Assembly: GCA_001447805.1 (NCBI GenBank) | Contig: CP013099.1 | Coordinates: 2,115,181 to 2,179,180, forward strand | DNA: 64,000 bases | Reading direction: 5' to 3' | From: Candidatus Tenderia electrophaga | GTDB taxonomy: Bacteria; Pseudomonadota; Gammaproteobacteria; Tenderiales; Tenderiaceae | Shown: one piece after another, positions 31,501-40,791 of the stretch | Numbering within the stretch: the stretch's first letter is position 1 | Layout: each line of letters begins with the position of its first letter | Position numbers and translations under genes: made by a program | The notes under the pieces: generated by a model | Told to the model about the DNA's origin: nothing | Database searches by the model: none | The model's input: only the letters and a program-made list of their open reading frames with translations

Positions 31501-31724
31501 CCCGCCACGCGCGTTGCGGCAATACCTATGTCAATCGCAATATGATCGGTGCCGTAGTGGGCACCCAGCCCTTCGGCGGCGAGGGATTATCGGGCACCGG
31601 CCCCAAGGCCGGCGGACCCCATTATCTGCACCGCTTTGCCAGCGAACGGGTGTTGACCATCAACACCACCGCGGTGGGGGGCAATGCCAGCCTGCTGTCC
31701 ATTGGCGAAGACGATGAATCCTAG
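28569..31724 (+). CDS. putA: Bifunctional proline dehydrogenase / glutamate-semialdehyde dehydrogenase (no RHH domain)
   Basis: SFDMLGEAA, RLVKGAYWD, FQRLHGMG, ETGGQN, SAGQRCSALR, GTGPKAGG. Confidence 0.96.
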   Translation: MIHNTPPSTLSSSRAAINQAYLMDEDAHLNTLLAALHLDQDQQARIEDIARELVVELRRVKTSKGGISALLQEYDLSSQEGVMLMCLAEALLRVPDSETADRLIRDKLSQAEWDTHLGKSHSVFVNASTWGLLLTGHIVQLAPEMVHESSSFFSRLVSRSGEPVIRMAIKRAMKIIGQQFIMGTSIDQAIQRSQASDNRLFRYSFDMLGEAALTAADAQTYFDAYLNAIHTLGEHAAKSHDALFANPGISVKLSALHPRYEYTQRERVVKELPPRLLQLARAAKQANINLTVDAEEADRLELSLDIFEQVVLDESLTAWDGFGLALQAYQKRAVFVIDWLAELSHRSAHRIPIRLVKGAYWDTEIKRAQEQGLPDYPVFSRKCSTDTAYLACAQRILNCGSAFYPQFATHNAHTLASIVVMAGDRDYEFQRLHGMGEGLYRMAIEQQQLTRYCRVYAPVGSHEELLPYLVRRLLENGANTSFVNQIVDAHTPVEQIIANPIHETEVLQQKRHPRIPLPRDIYAPQRFNSGGINLSDPEALAELDQGLEDAMCKSWIAAPIVGGQTLAGKHRTVSSPANREHTIGEVHLADHEAVQQALSLAHAHATDWNHTAAEQRAEILDQVANMLERNRYELMALAIREGGRTLRDALSEVREAIDFCRYYAARARADFAQAIELPGVTGERNELRLSGRGAFVCISPWNFPVAIFTGQIAAALAAGNSVIAKPAGATSLTGAKIISFMHQAGVPTEVLHFLPGGGAEIGMALVRDPRTAGVAFTGSTDTARQINQALAQRDIIIPFIAETGGQNAMIVDSSALPEQVVADALESAFDSAGQRCSALRVLFVQEDVAPRILELLSGAMEELVIGDPALINTDVGPVINDKAKAGLQQHVERMRQEANLVKTVPLPAHCNNGSFFAPHAFEIDTLDQLSHEVFGPVLHIIRYPANQLHNVVEAINNTRYGLTLGIHSRIDATAQYIARHARCGNTYVNRNMIGAVVGTQPFGGEGLSGTGPKAGGPHYLHRFASERVLTINTTAVGGNASLLSIGEDDES

Positions 31725-32113
31725 GGCAGATGCTCGCCCAGCGGCGCTTCGATAAACTCCAGAGCATTGCCGTCCAGGTCGCGGCAAAACAAGGCCTTGC
31801 GACCGGATTTGCTGCGCGTATAGACGGCGCCGGCGTCATCCAGGCGCTGACACAAGGCTTCAAGGTCTGCCACTGCGAAGGCGATGTGCCGATCACGGCC
31901 GCCATGCTCGGGGCGTCCCGTCACCGGATCGGGGTTGGGCACTTGCATCAAATGCAGCTGCTGCTGACCCACGTCGAACCAGACGCCGGGATATCCCAGA
32001 TCGGGCCGATCCGGATTAAGCGTCAAACCAAGCACTTGACAATAAAACTTCACCGACTTGTCTACGTCGGCCACAATTACCGTGGCATGCAAAATCGATT
32101 GTATGTTGGACAT
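31721..32113 (-). CDS. VOC/glyoxalase family protein
   Basis: ILHATVIV, GGRDRHIAF, FCRDLDGNALE. Confidence 0.85.
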   Translation of the reverse strand: MSNIQSILHATVIVADVDKSVKFYCQVLGLTLNPDRPDLGYPGVWFDVGQQQLHLMQVPNPDPVTGRPEHGGRDRHIAFAVADLEALCQRLDDAGAVYTRSKSGRKALFCRDLDGNALEFIEAPLGEHLP

Positions 32114-32186
32114 AAGGCACCTGTTGGACTGATTACTTTCCCCGCTCAACATTGTAGAGTAAAGCGACAATTAAAGGAGCCAAGCC

Positions 32187-33143
32187 ATGTTGGGTGTGTT
32201 TCTCGATCGTGACAGCCTGGATCGCGGTGATTTAGACTTCTCCGCGCTGGACACTCTCAGTGACGACTGGCGCTTCTACGGCGTCACTCGGCCGGACGAC
32301 CTGGCCGAACGCATCTGCGACGCCCGGATCATCGTCAGCAATAAGGTGGTGATTGACGCCTCCGCCTTCGAGGCCGCGCCCAAGCTGCAACTGATTTGCA
32401 TCGCCGCCACCGGCTATAACAATGTGGACCTGGAGGCCGCCCGGCGCCACGGCGTGACCGTCTGCAACGTGCGCGGCTACGCCACGGCGTCGGTCAGCCA
32501 ACATGTCTTCGCACTGATTCTGTCCCTGTCCATTCACCTGGGCGGCTACCGCCGGGCGGTGATGAAGGGCGAATGGCAGCGCAGTCCGCACTTCTGTCTG
32601 CTCGACTATCCCATCGAAGAACTGGCCGGCAAAACACTCGGCATCATCGGCCACGGTGAACTGGGCCACGCCGTGGCGCGTCTGGGCGAGGCCTTCGGTA
32701 TGCATGTGCTCATCAGCGAGCACCGTGGTGGCGCGCCGCGTCCCGGCCGGGTGGCCTTCGAACAGGTGTTGGCGGACGCGGATGTGCTTACCCTGCACTG
32801 CCCGCTGACGGCGCAGACCCGCGGCCTGATCGGCACGAGCGAGATTCAACAGATGAAGCCCGGCGCCGTTCTCATCAACACCGCACGTGGCGGGATTGTC
32901 GACGAACAGGCCCTCGTCGATGCCCTGCGCGACGGCCGACTAGCGGGCGCCGGGGTGGACGTGCTCACCGAGGAGCCGCCGCTGCACGGCAACCCCCTGC
33001 TCGCCGACGACATCCCCAATCTCATCCTCACTCCGCATATCGCCTGGGCCAGTCGCAACGCGCGTCAACGTCTGTTGGACGCGATCGGCGCCAACATCGG
33101 CGCCTTCTTGGCTGGCACGCCGCGCAACGTCGTGAGTACATGA
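32187..33143 (+). CDS. D-2-hydroxyacid dehydrogenase (glycerate dehydrogenase/HprA-like)
   Basis: ATGYNNVD, GHGELG, LHCPLT, INTARG, TPHIAW. Confidence 0.88.
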   Translation: MLGVFLDRDSLDRGDLDFSALDTLSDDWRFYGVTRPDDLAERICDARIIVSNKVVIDASAFEAAPKLQLICIAATGYNNVDLEAARRHGVTVCNVRGYATASVSQHVFALILSLSIHLGGYRRAVMKGEWQRSPHFCLLDYPIEELAGKTLGIIGHGELGHAVARLGEAFGMHVLISEHRGGAPRPGRVAFEQVLADADVLTLHCPLTAQTRGLIGTSEIQQMKPGAVLINTARGGIVDEQALVDALRDGRLAGAGVDVLTEEPPLHGNPLLADDIPNLILTPHIAWASRNARQRLLDAIGANIGAFLAGTPRNVVST

Positions 33144-34570
33144 GCGCTTATTACCTCGCCATCGATCAAGGCGGCCATGCCAGCCGCGCGATTGTCTTCG
33201 ATGCCGCGGGCAACCCTGTCAGCCAGGCCGAGCAGTCTATTCAAACCCACACCCCGCGGGTGGGTTGGGTGGAACACGACGCCGCGGCACTGGTCCAGGC
33301 CACGCGCGCGGCCATCCACCGGGCGCTTGCACCGCTGGGGGACAATAAACGGCACATCCAAGCAGCAGGCCTGGCGACCCAGCGCGCCAGCATCGCCTGT
33401 TGGCATAAAACCAGCGGCGCGGCACTGGCGCCCATCCTGAGTTGGCAGGACCGGCGCCACGCCCAATGGTTGGAACGGCTGCACGCACACAGCGAAACCA
33501 TACATGCCAAAACCGGTCTGTTCCTGTCGCCCCACTACGGCGCCAGCAAGATGCGCTGGTGTCTGGATAATCTCGATGAAGTCAAACATGCCCGGCAACA
33601 AGGACAGCTGGTGATCGGCCCGCTGGCCAGCTTCCTGGCCTGGCAGCTGGTGAAACAACGGCCGCTACTCGCCGATCCGGCCAATGCCTCGCGCACCTTG
33701 TTGTGGAACCTGCAGCGCGGCGACTGGGATGACGACTTACTGGAACTGTTCGGCATCCCCAAAGCCATCCTGCCGCCCTGTGTGGCCAGTCGCGCGGCGG
33801 TCGGGCAGCTGGACATCGACGCACTCAGCATTCCGCTTGAGGTGATCACCGGCGACCAATCCGCCGCCCTGTTCGCCTGGGGCCGGCCGCAGGCGGAGGC
33901 CTGTTATATCAATGTAGGCACCGGGGCCTTCGTTCAACGCGCCATGAACACCCTCCCGAACGCCAAACGTTTGCTCAGCGGTATCGCTTATCAGGATGAC
34001 TCACAGACCTGGTTCACCTTGGAGGGCACGGTCAACGGCGCCGCCCGCGCCCTGCAATGGTATGGTGAAAAACACGGAATCACGAACATCGAGCAGTGCG
34101 TGACCGAGGCATTGGCCAGCGCAGCCATACCGGCGCTGTTTATCAACACGGTGGTCGGCTTGGGCTCACCCGACTGGCACAGCCAACTCGAGCCACGGTT
34201 CGTAGGCAGTCACAATCGCGCCGCACAACTGCTGGGCATTGTGGAAAGCATTGTGTTTTTAATCCAACGCAACCTGGATGAAATGCGCCACTGCACGGCT
34301 GCCGCGCAACACATCATTATCAGCGGCGGATTGGCCAAGCTGGACCGGCTGTGCCAGAGCCTTGCCGACCTAAGCAAGCGCCCGGTGAAACGCCCGCCCC
34401 TCCATGAGGCGACGGCAAGCGGCCTGGCCTACCTGGTGGCGCAACCCTCCGGCAAGTGGTGCGCGGGGGAGGGTTCCCGGACCTTTTTACCGCATACCCA
34501 TGCGGCGCTCGAGCAACGCTATAGCGACTGGAGTCGAGAGCTGCAGCGCTCGATCGCCGACAAGGCTTGA
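33140..34570 (+). CDS. FGGY-family carbohydrate kinase (glycerol kinase-like)
   Basis: AIDQGGHASR, SWQDRR, ANASRTLL, GDQSAA. Confidence 0.85.
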   Translation: MSAYYLAIDQGGHASRAIVFDAAGNPVSQAEQSIQTHTPRVGWVEHDAAALVQATRAAIHRALAPLGDNKRHIQAAGLATQRASIACWHKTSGAALAPILSWQDRRHAQWLERLHAHSETIHAKTGLFLSPHYGASKMRWCLDNLDEVKHARQQGQLVIGPLASFLAWQLVKQRPLLADPANASRTLLWNLQRGDWDDDLLELFGIPKAILPPCVASRAAVGQLDIDALSIPLEVITGDQSAALFAWGRPQAEACYINVGTGAFVQRAMNTLPNAKRLLSGIAYQDDSQTWFTLEGTVNGAARALQWYGEKHGITNIEQCVTEALASAAIPALFINTVVGLGSPDWHSQLEPRFVGSHNRAAQLLGIVESIVFLIQRNLDEMRHCTAAAQHIIISGGLAKLDRLCQSLADLSKRPVKRPPLHEATASGLAYLVAQPSGKWCAGEGSRTFLPHTHAALEQRYSDWSRELQRSIADKA

Positions 34571-34689
34571 AATGCCCGGTTGAATTCAATATGTTACCCT
34601 TCATCAGTGCGAAGGTCGGCATTTCAAACAATAATAAACCACGGCGTCGTTGGTTAACGCGCCGTTCTTCAAGGACGATATATAGCGCT

Positions 34690-35448
34690 ATGGAACCACC
34701 TATTCTGATCGCCCATCGCGGCTACGCCAAGAAATTCCCGGAAAACACCTTGGTCGCCATCCAGGCGGCACTGGATGCAGGCGCATGCGGCGTGGAGTTC
34801 GATGTGCAGTTCACCAAAGACGGCGTACCGGTCTTGTTGCACGATGCCAATCTGAAACGCACCACCGGCACCAACAAGCGCATCACCAGTATAGAACATG
34901 CCCAGGTGCACGAAATTACAGTCAATGAAGCCCAACAACGCCCGAAAAAATTCGGCAATGTGGGTATCCCGACGCTGGCCTCAGTGGTGGAATTGTTCAT
35001 CGATTATCCCAAGCGCCACGCCTTTGTAGAAATCAAGCAGGAATCCATCGACGCCTTTGGTATTGAAAAGGTGATCAAAACCCTGGCCACCCTGTGCCAG
35101 CCCATTATCGACCGTTGCACCCTGATCGGTTATGACGATCTCGCGCTGCGTTGTTCGCGCGCCATGGGATTCAAATCCATCGGCTGGGTGTTGAAAAAAT
35201 ACAATGACGAATCGCGCATCCGGGCCACCGAACTGGCCCCCGATTTTCTCTTCTGCAATCACACCAAGCTCCCCAAAAAAACCACAGACATCTGGCCCGG
35301 TCCCTGGCATTGGGTGTTTTACGAAGTCACCCATGTCAAACAAGCGCTGCAGCTGTTGGAGCTGGGCGCAGAATATCTGGAGACCATGGCCATCGCCGAA
35401 CTCATGAAGAGCAAACAGTTGCGGGCGCGCCATTGCGGTGAAGCCTGA
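34690..35448 (+). CDS. Glycerophosphodiester phosphodiesterase family protein
   Basis: IAHRG, PENT, VEFDVQFTKDG, LHD. Confidence 0.88.
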   Translation: MEPPILIAHRGYAKKFPENTLVAIQAALDAGACGVEFDVQFTKDGVPVLLHDANLKRTTGTNKRITSIEHAQVHEITVNEAQQRPKKFGNVGIPTLASVVELFIDYPKRHAFVEIKQESIDAFGIEKVIKTLATLCQPIIDRCTLIGYDDLALRCSRAMGFKSIGWVLKKYNDESRIRATELAPDFLFCNHTKLPKKTTDIWPGPWHWVFYEVTHVKQALQLLELGAEYLETMAIAELMKSKQLRARHCGEA

Positions 35449-36637
35449 GTCGAGTGTGTCCTCCCCTTATTACGACATCATCATCATCGGGGGCGGCATT
35501 CACGGCGCCGGTGTCGCCCAGGCGGCCGCGGCACGGGGGTATTCGGTGCTGGTCCTGGAACAATCCGCCATCGCCGCCGGCACCTCGAGCCGCTCCAGCA
35601 AATTAATTCACGGCGGTCTGCGCTATCTGGAGAGCGCCCAATTCAACCTGGTGCGCGAATGCCTGTATGAACGCGCGCTACTGCTCAAAAACGCACCCGA
35701 TCTGGTGCAACTCAAACCGTTCTATATTCCGGTGTATTCCGAGACCAGCCGCAGCGCCTGGCAGATTCGCGCCGGCTTGTCGCTTTACGGCACTCTGGGC
35801 GGTCTGAGCAATGCCACTCGTTTCCAGAGTGTCGCCATGCGTGAATGGGGCAAACTCGACGGTCTGGATTTGGAAGATCTGCAAAAGGTGTTTCGTTATT
35901 ACGACGCCCAGACCGATGACAAGTTACTCACCGAAGCGGTCATGCGTTCCGCTCAGTCCCTCGGCGCCGAGCTGCAAATGCCCGCTAAATTTATCGCCGC
36001 CGAGCGGCGCGGCCAAGCTTATGTAGTGCACTACCAAACCGAGTTTAAACAGTTCGAATGCGAAACCGCCCTGCTCGTCAATGCCGGCGGCCCGTGGGTC
36101 AATGAAGTGCTGCAGCACGTGACGCCGACCATACACGCCCTGGCGATCGACTTGATCCAGGGCACCCATATCATTCTGGACGGCACCGTCAATCAAGGCA
36201 TCTATTATATGGAAGCGCCGGAGGACAAACGCGCCGTCTTCGTCATGCCTTGGAAGGATAAATTGATGGTGGGCACCACCGAGAGTTTGTTCCGTGGCAA
36301 TCCGTCCAAGGTGATCCCCTTGGCCAAGGAAAAATCTTACCTATTGCAGACCCTGGGCTATTATTTCCCGCGCTACCGTTTCACGACGCATAAGGAGATC
36401 CTGTCCTCTTTCGCTGGTCTGCGTGTACTGCCCAAAATCGACGGCATCCCCTTCTCACGCCCGCGCGACACTCTGTTTCATACCGATACACCGCAACAGC
36501 CGCGATTGGTGAGCATTTACGGCGGCAAGCTCACGGCCTACCGCGCCACTGCCGAAAGACTGATGCACCGATTCAGCTTCGTGCTGCCCGAACGCAAGGC
36601 AATGGGCGATACCCGTAAGCTGCCCTTGACTCCCTAA
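35438..36637 (+). CDS. FAD-dependent glycerol-3-phosphate dehydrogenase/oxidase (short form)
   Basis: IGGGIHG, GTSSRSSKLIHGGLRYLE, GGKLTAYR. Confidence 0.85.
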   Translation: MKPESSVSSPYYDIIIIGGGIHGAGVAQAAAARGYSVLVLEQSAIAAGTSSRSSKLIHGGLRYLESAQFNLVRECLYERALLLKNAPDLVQLKPFYIPVYSETSRSAWQIRAGLSLYGTLGGLSNATRFQSVAMREWGKLDGLDLEDLQKVFRYYDAQTDDKLLTEAVMRSAQSLGAELQMPAKFIAAERRGQAYVVHYQTEFKQFECETALLVNAGGPWVNEVLQHVTPTIHALAIDLIQGTHIILDGTVNQGIYYMEAPEDKRAVFVMPWKDKLMVGTTESLFRGNPSKVIPLAKEKSYLLQTLGYYFPRYRFTTHKEILSSFAGLRVLPKIDGIPFSRPRDTLFHTDTPQQPRLVSIYGGKLTAYRATAERLMHRFSFVLPERKAMGDTRKLPLTP

Positions 36638-36707
36638 CAGCCCCGGTCGCATTGCAAGCGTAAAGCCAGTAAAATACGGGGCTTATCAATATTTGCGGAA
36701 TGTGGCA

Positions 36708-38678
36708 ATGAAAAGCCTCTGGGACGATAACGAAGCCAAACAATACGCAGGCGAGCTGAGCCAACGCGTCTACACATCGCGCCTGCTGGGGCGCGACACC
36801 TCCTTGGTGTTACACGGCGGCGGCAACACCTCGGTTAAAATCACTGCGACCAACCTGGTGGGCGAAGAGGAAGAACTGCTCTGTGTCAAAGGCAGCGGCT
36901 GGGACCTGGAGACCATCGACATCCCCGGCTTTCCCGCCGTCAAATTGGAGCATCTGATCAAACTCGCCAAGCTGGACTCGCTTTCCGATCCGCAGATGGT
37001 CAACGAACTGCGCACCCATATGACCGACGCCACCGCGCCCACCCCCTCGGTGGAGGCCATACTGCACGCCACGCTGCCCTACAAATATGTCGATCATACC
37101 CACGCCGACGCGGTGGTGACGGTATGCAATACGCCGCATGGGCTGGACAAGATCAAACAGATCTACGGCGACTCGGTGGTGATCGTGCCCTACATCATGC
37201 CGGGGTTTGACCTGGCACGGCAGTGCGCCATCGAATTCGCAAAGCAGCGCAATGAAGGCAGCATCGGCATGGTGCTAATGCACCACGGCATCTTTTCCTT
37301 CGGCGATACAGCACAGGAATCCTATCAACGCATGATCCGGCTGGTGGGCATGGCCGAGGATTACATACGCGAACATGGCGCATGGGAACTCGATTACGAC
37401 ACCCCGGCCAAAGACACCATCGCCCCCCTCGCCCTGGCGCAGCTGCGCCAGGATGTTTCCAAGGCCGCCGGCTTTCCGCTGCTACTCCGCAGTCAGCGCG
37501 ACGCCAAGGCCATGAGCTTCATCAACCGCAGTGATGTAGCCAAGATCTCGCAACAGGGCCCGGCTACGCCGGATCACGTCATCCGCACCAAGCGCCTGCC
37601 CCTGGTGGGGCGCGACGTGAAAAGCTATATCGCCGACTATAAGACCTATTTCGAGCAACACGCCCCCCGGGCGCGCGCGCCCAAGACCATGCTCGACCCG
37701 GCACCGCGCGTGATCCTGGATAAAGAACTGGGCATGGTCACGGCGGGCAAGAGCGCCAAAGAGGCGAAGATCGTCGCAGACATCTACGACCATACGATGG
37801 ATATTATTACGCGCGCCGAGCTGTTGGGTGGCTGGCAGGCCCTCCCGGCCAAGGACCTGTTCGACATGGAATACTGGGATCTGGAACAGGCCAAACTGCG
37901 CAAGGGCGGCAAGCCGCCGGTATTTCAGGGCGAGGCGGCCTTGGTCACCGGCGCCGCCTCGGGCATCGGTCGGGCCTGTGTCGACTCCATGCTGGCACGC
38001 GGCGCGGCGGTCATCGCGCTGGATATCGATCCCGCTATCGAGACCCTATTCGAGCGTTCCGACGTCCTCGGCATCGTCTGCGACGTGGGCAGTGAATCTC
38101 AGCTTCAAGCCGCGCTCAAACAGGGTGTCGCCACCTTCGGCGGCCTGGACATGCTGGTGCTGAACGCCGGCATCTTCCCCGGCGGCTGCCGTATCGACAA
38201 TCTGAGTTCCGAGGCGTGGCGCAAGGTCATGAACATCAATCTGGACGCCAACCTGATCCTGATGCGCGAGGCCTATCCCTATCTCAAACTGGCCCCCCAG
38301 GGCGGCCGCGTGGTGGCGATGGGCTCGAAGAACGTCCTGGCGCCGGGCCCCGGCGCGGTGGCCTACTCCGCCAGCAAGGCGGCATTGACCCAGATCACCC
38401 GCGTCGCGGCGCTGGAATGGGGCGCGGACAATATCCGCGTCAACACCCTGCATCCGGACTGCGTCTACGACACCGGCATCTGGACCGATGAAGTGCTGGC
38501 CGCGCGCGCCGAACATTACGGCTTGACGGTAGACGAATACAAAACCAAGAATGTGTTAAAAACAGAGGTCAGCAGCCACGACGTGGCGGAGCTGACGGCG
38601 GAGCTGTGCGGGCCGTTGTTCGCCAAGACCACGGCGGCGCAGTTGCCGATCGATGGGGGTAATGAACGAGTAATTTAA
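36708..38678 (+). CDS. Bifunctional class II aldolase / short-chain dehydrogenase
   Basis: HGGGNTSVK, PSVEAILH, DHTH; TGAASGIG, NAG, YSASK. Confidence 0.9.
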   Translation: MKSLWDDNEAKQYAGELSQRVYTSRLLGRDTSLVLHGGGNTSVKITATNLVGEEEELLCVKGSGWDLETIDIPGFPAVKLEHLIKLAKLDSLSDPQMVNELRTHMTDATAPTPSVEAILHATLPYKYVDHTHADAVVTVCNTPHGLDKIKQIYGDSVVIVPYIMPGFDLARQCAIEFAKQRNEGSIGMVLMHHGIFSFGDTAQESYQRMIRLVGMAEDYIREHGAWELDYDTPAKDTIAPLALAQLRQDVSKAAGFPLLLRSQRDAKAMSFINRSDVAKISQQGPATPDHVIRTKRLPLVGRDVKSYIADYKTYFEQHAPRARAPKTMLDPAPRVILDKELGMVTAGKSAKEAKIVADIYDHTMDIITRAELLGGWQALPAKDLFDMEYWDLEQAKLRKGGKPPVFQGEAALVTGAASGIGRACVDSMLARGAAVIALDIDPAIETLFERSDVLGIVCDVGSESQLQAALKQGVATFGGLDMLVLNAGIFPGGCRIDNLSSEAWRKVMNINLDANLILMREAYPYLKLAPQGGRVVAMGSKNVLAPGPGAVAYSASKAALTQITRVAALEWGADNIRVNTLHPDCVYDTGIWTDEVLAARAEHYGLTVDEYKTKNVLKTEVSSHDVAELTAELCGPLFAKTTAAQLPIDGGNERVI

Positions 38679-38681
38679 ACC

Positions 38682-38822
38682 TTGAACCGCAAAGGTCGCC
38701 AAGGAACGCAAAGAGAATATGAATTTTGGAGTTACAGGGAATCTACAATCTCAATTCTAAAACCACTTAATTATCACTTTCTCGAATTGACTTCGCGCAC
38801 CTTCGCGCCCTTTGCGGTTAAA
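38682..38822. repeat. Imperfect 32-bp inverted repeat around an AT-rich core (MITE/REP-like)
   Basis: 38682-38713 versus the reverse complement of 38791-38822: 26/32 identical. Confidence 0.75.
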
Positions 38823-38851
38823 TTTCAAACATACAACATGGATCAGTAATA

Positions 38852-40522
38852 ATGGCCCAATACATCTACACCATGAACCGGGTGAGCAAGGTTGTTCCCC
38901 CCAAACGCACCATCATCAAGGACATCTCCCTGTCCTTCTTTCCCGGCGCCAAGATCGGCCTGCTGGGCCTCAACGGCGCGGGTAAATCCACCGTGCTGCG
39001 CATCATGGCCGGTGAGGACACGGAATACGAAGGCGAGGCGCGGCCGCAGCCCGGCATCAACATCGGCTATCTGCCCCAGGAGCCGGAACTGGACCCCAGC
39101 AAGGACGTGCGCGGCAACGTGGAAGAGGCCCTGGGCCACATCAAAGAGGCGATGGAGAAGCTGGATCAAGTCTACGCCGCCTACGCCGAGCCGGACGCCG
39201 ACTTCGATGCCCTGGCCAAGCAGCAGGCCGAGCTGGAGAACATCATCCAGGCCAGTGATGCCCACAATCTGGAGCGCAAACTGGAGATCGCCGCCGACGC
39301 CCTGCGCCTGCCGGCCTGGGATGCGGATGTGACCACACTCTCCGGCGGTGAGCGCCGCCGCGTGGCGCTGTGCCGCCTGATCCTGTCGGCGCCTGACATG
39401 CTGCTGCTGGATGAGCCCACCAACCACCTGGACGCCGAATCAGTCGCCTGGCTGGAGCAATTCCTGCGCGAATTCCAGGGCACCGTGGTGGCCGTTACCC
39501 ATGACCGCTACTTCCTCGACAATGTGGCCGGCTGGATCCTGGAATTGGACCGCGGCCACGGCATCCCCTGGGAGGGCAACTACTCCTCCTGGCTGGAGCA
39601 GAAGGAGAAGCGCCTGGAGCAGGAGGAGAAAGGCGAACAGGCGCGCATGAAGGCGATGAAGGCCGAGCTGGAATGGGTGCGCAGCAACCCCAAAGGGCGC
39701 CACGCCAAGAGCAAGGCGCGCCTCACCCGCTATGAAGAACTGGCCAACCAGAACTTCGACAAGCGCAACGAGACCAACGAGCTATTCATTCCACCGGGCC
39801 CGCGCCTGGGCGATCTGGTGATCGAGGCCGACGGTCTGAGAAAGGGTTTCGGCGAGCGCCTGCTCATCGACGATCTCAGTTTCAATCTACCGCGCGGCGG
39901 CATCGTCGGCGTCATCGGCCCCAATGGCGCCGGTAAGTCCACCTTGTTCAAGATGATCATTGGCACGGAACAAGCGGATGGCGGCGAGCTGCGCATCGGC
40001 GAGACGGTACAGCTGGCCTACGTGGACCAGAGCCGTGACGCCCTGGATGACAGCAAGACCGCCTGGGAAGAGGTCTCCGACGGTCAGGACATCATCACCG
40101 TCAACGGCGTGCAGATCAACTCACGCGCCTACCTGAGCCGCTTCAACTTCAAGGGCACCGACCAACAGAAGCGCGTCGGCAAACTCTCCGGCGGCGAGCG
40201 CAACCGCCTGCATCTGGCCAAGCTGCTGCAAAGCGGCGGCAACGTGCTGCTGCTGGACGAACCCACCAACGACCTGGACGTGGAGACGCTGCGCGCCCTG
40301 GAAGAGGCCTTGCTGGAATTCGCCGGCTGCGTGGTGGTCATCTCCCATGACCGCTGGTTCCTGGACCGTATCGCCACCCACATGCTCGCCTTCGAGGGTG
40401 ACAGTCACGTGGAGTGGTTCGAGGGTAACTTCGCCGACTATGAAGAGGACAAGAAACGTCGTCTGGGTGAAGATGCCGTGACGCAGCCGCATCGTATTAC
40501 TTATAAGAAATTCAGCGATTGA
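38852..40522 (+). CDS. ettA: Energy-dependent translational throttle protein EttA
   Basis: MAQYIYTMNRVSKVVPP, two ABC cassettes, HRITYKK C-terminus. Confidence 0.96.
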   Translation: MAQYIYTMNRVSKVVPPKRTIIKDISLSFFPGAKIGLLGLNGAGKSTVLRIMAGEDTEYEGEARPQPGINIGYLPQEPELDPSKDVRGNVEEALGHIKEAMEKLDQVYAAYAEPDADFDALAKQQAELENIIQASDAHNLERKLEIAADALRLPAWDADVTTLSGGERRRVALCRLILSAPDMLLLDEPTNHLDAESVAWLEQFLREFQGTVVAVTHDRYFLDNVAGWILELDRGHGIPWEGNYSSWLEQKEKRLEQEEKGEQARMKAMKAELEWVRSNPKGRHAKSKARLTRYEELANQNFDKRNETNELFIPPGPRLGDLVIEADGLRKGFGERLLIDDLSFNLPRGGIVGVIGPNGAGKSTLFKMIIGTEQADGGELRIGETVQLAYVDQSRDALDDSKTAWEEVSDGQDIITVNGVQINSRAYLSRFNFKGTDQQKRVGKLSGGERNRLHLAKLLQSGGNVLLLDEPTNDLDVETLRALEEALLEFAGCVVVISHDRWFLDRIATHMLAFEGDSHVEWFEGNFADYEEDKKRRLGEDAVTQPHRITYKKFSD

Positions 40523-40549
40523 TTTTGTGGGGCGCTGCGCGACTTAATA

Positions 40550-40682
40550 CCCCCCCCTAACCCCCCCTAACCCCCCCTTTTTCAAAGGGGGGATCTACGT
40601 GCTTATAGCGACGCTTTACCCACTAGAGGGTGACATACATTTATAGCCCCCTCTTTAATAAAGAGGGGGTTGGGGGAGATTT
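40550..40682. repeat. Inverted pair of C/G-tract palindromic repeats (REPIN-like)
   Basis: (ccccccctaa)x2-cccccccttt-ttc-aaagggggg ... ccccctcttt-aat-aaagaggggg-ttgggggagat. Confidence 0.7.
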
Positions 40683-40708
40683 GAGGCGAGCCCACCACAG
40701 ATTTAGGT

Positions 40709-40748
40709 AAAAAAAAGCCCCGGCATTCAAAACCGCCGGGGCTTTTTT
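40709..40748. terminator. Bidirectional intrinsic terminator between ettA and fusA
   Basis: aaaaaagccccggc-N10-gccggggctttttt. Confidence 0.85.
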
Positions 40749-40791
40749 ATTGCGATACCAGCGGGACCATAGGCCCCGCTGTTTTTCTGCC

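Noticed and set aside
40551-40577. Telomere-like (CCCCCCCTAA)n
   Set aside because: Only 2.7 units and part of the palindromic element reported above.
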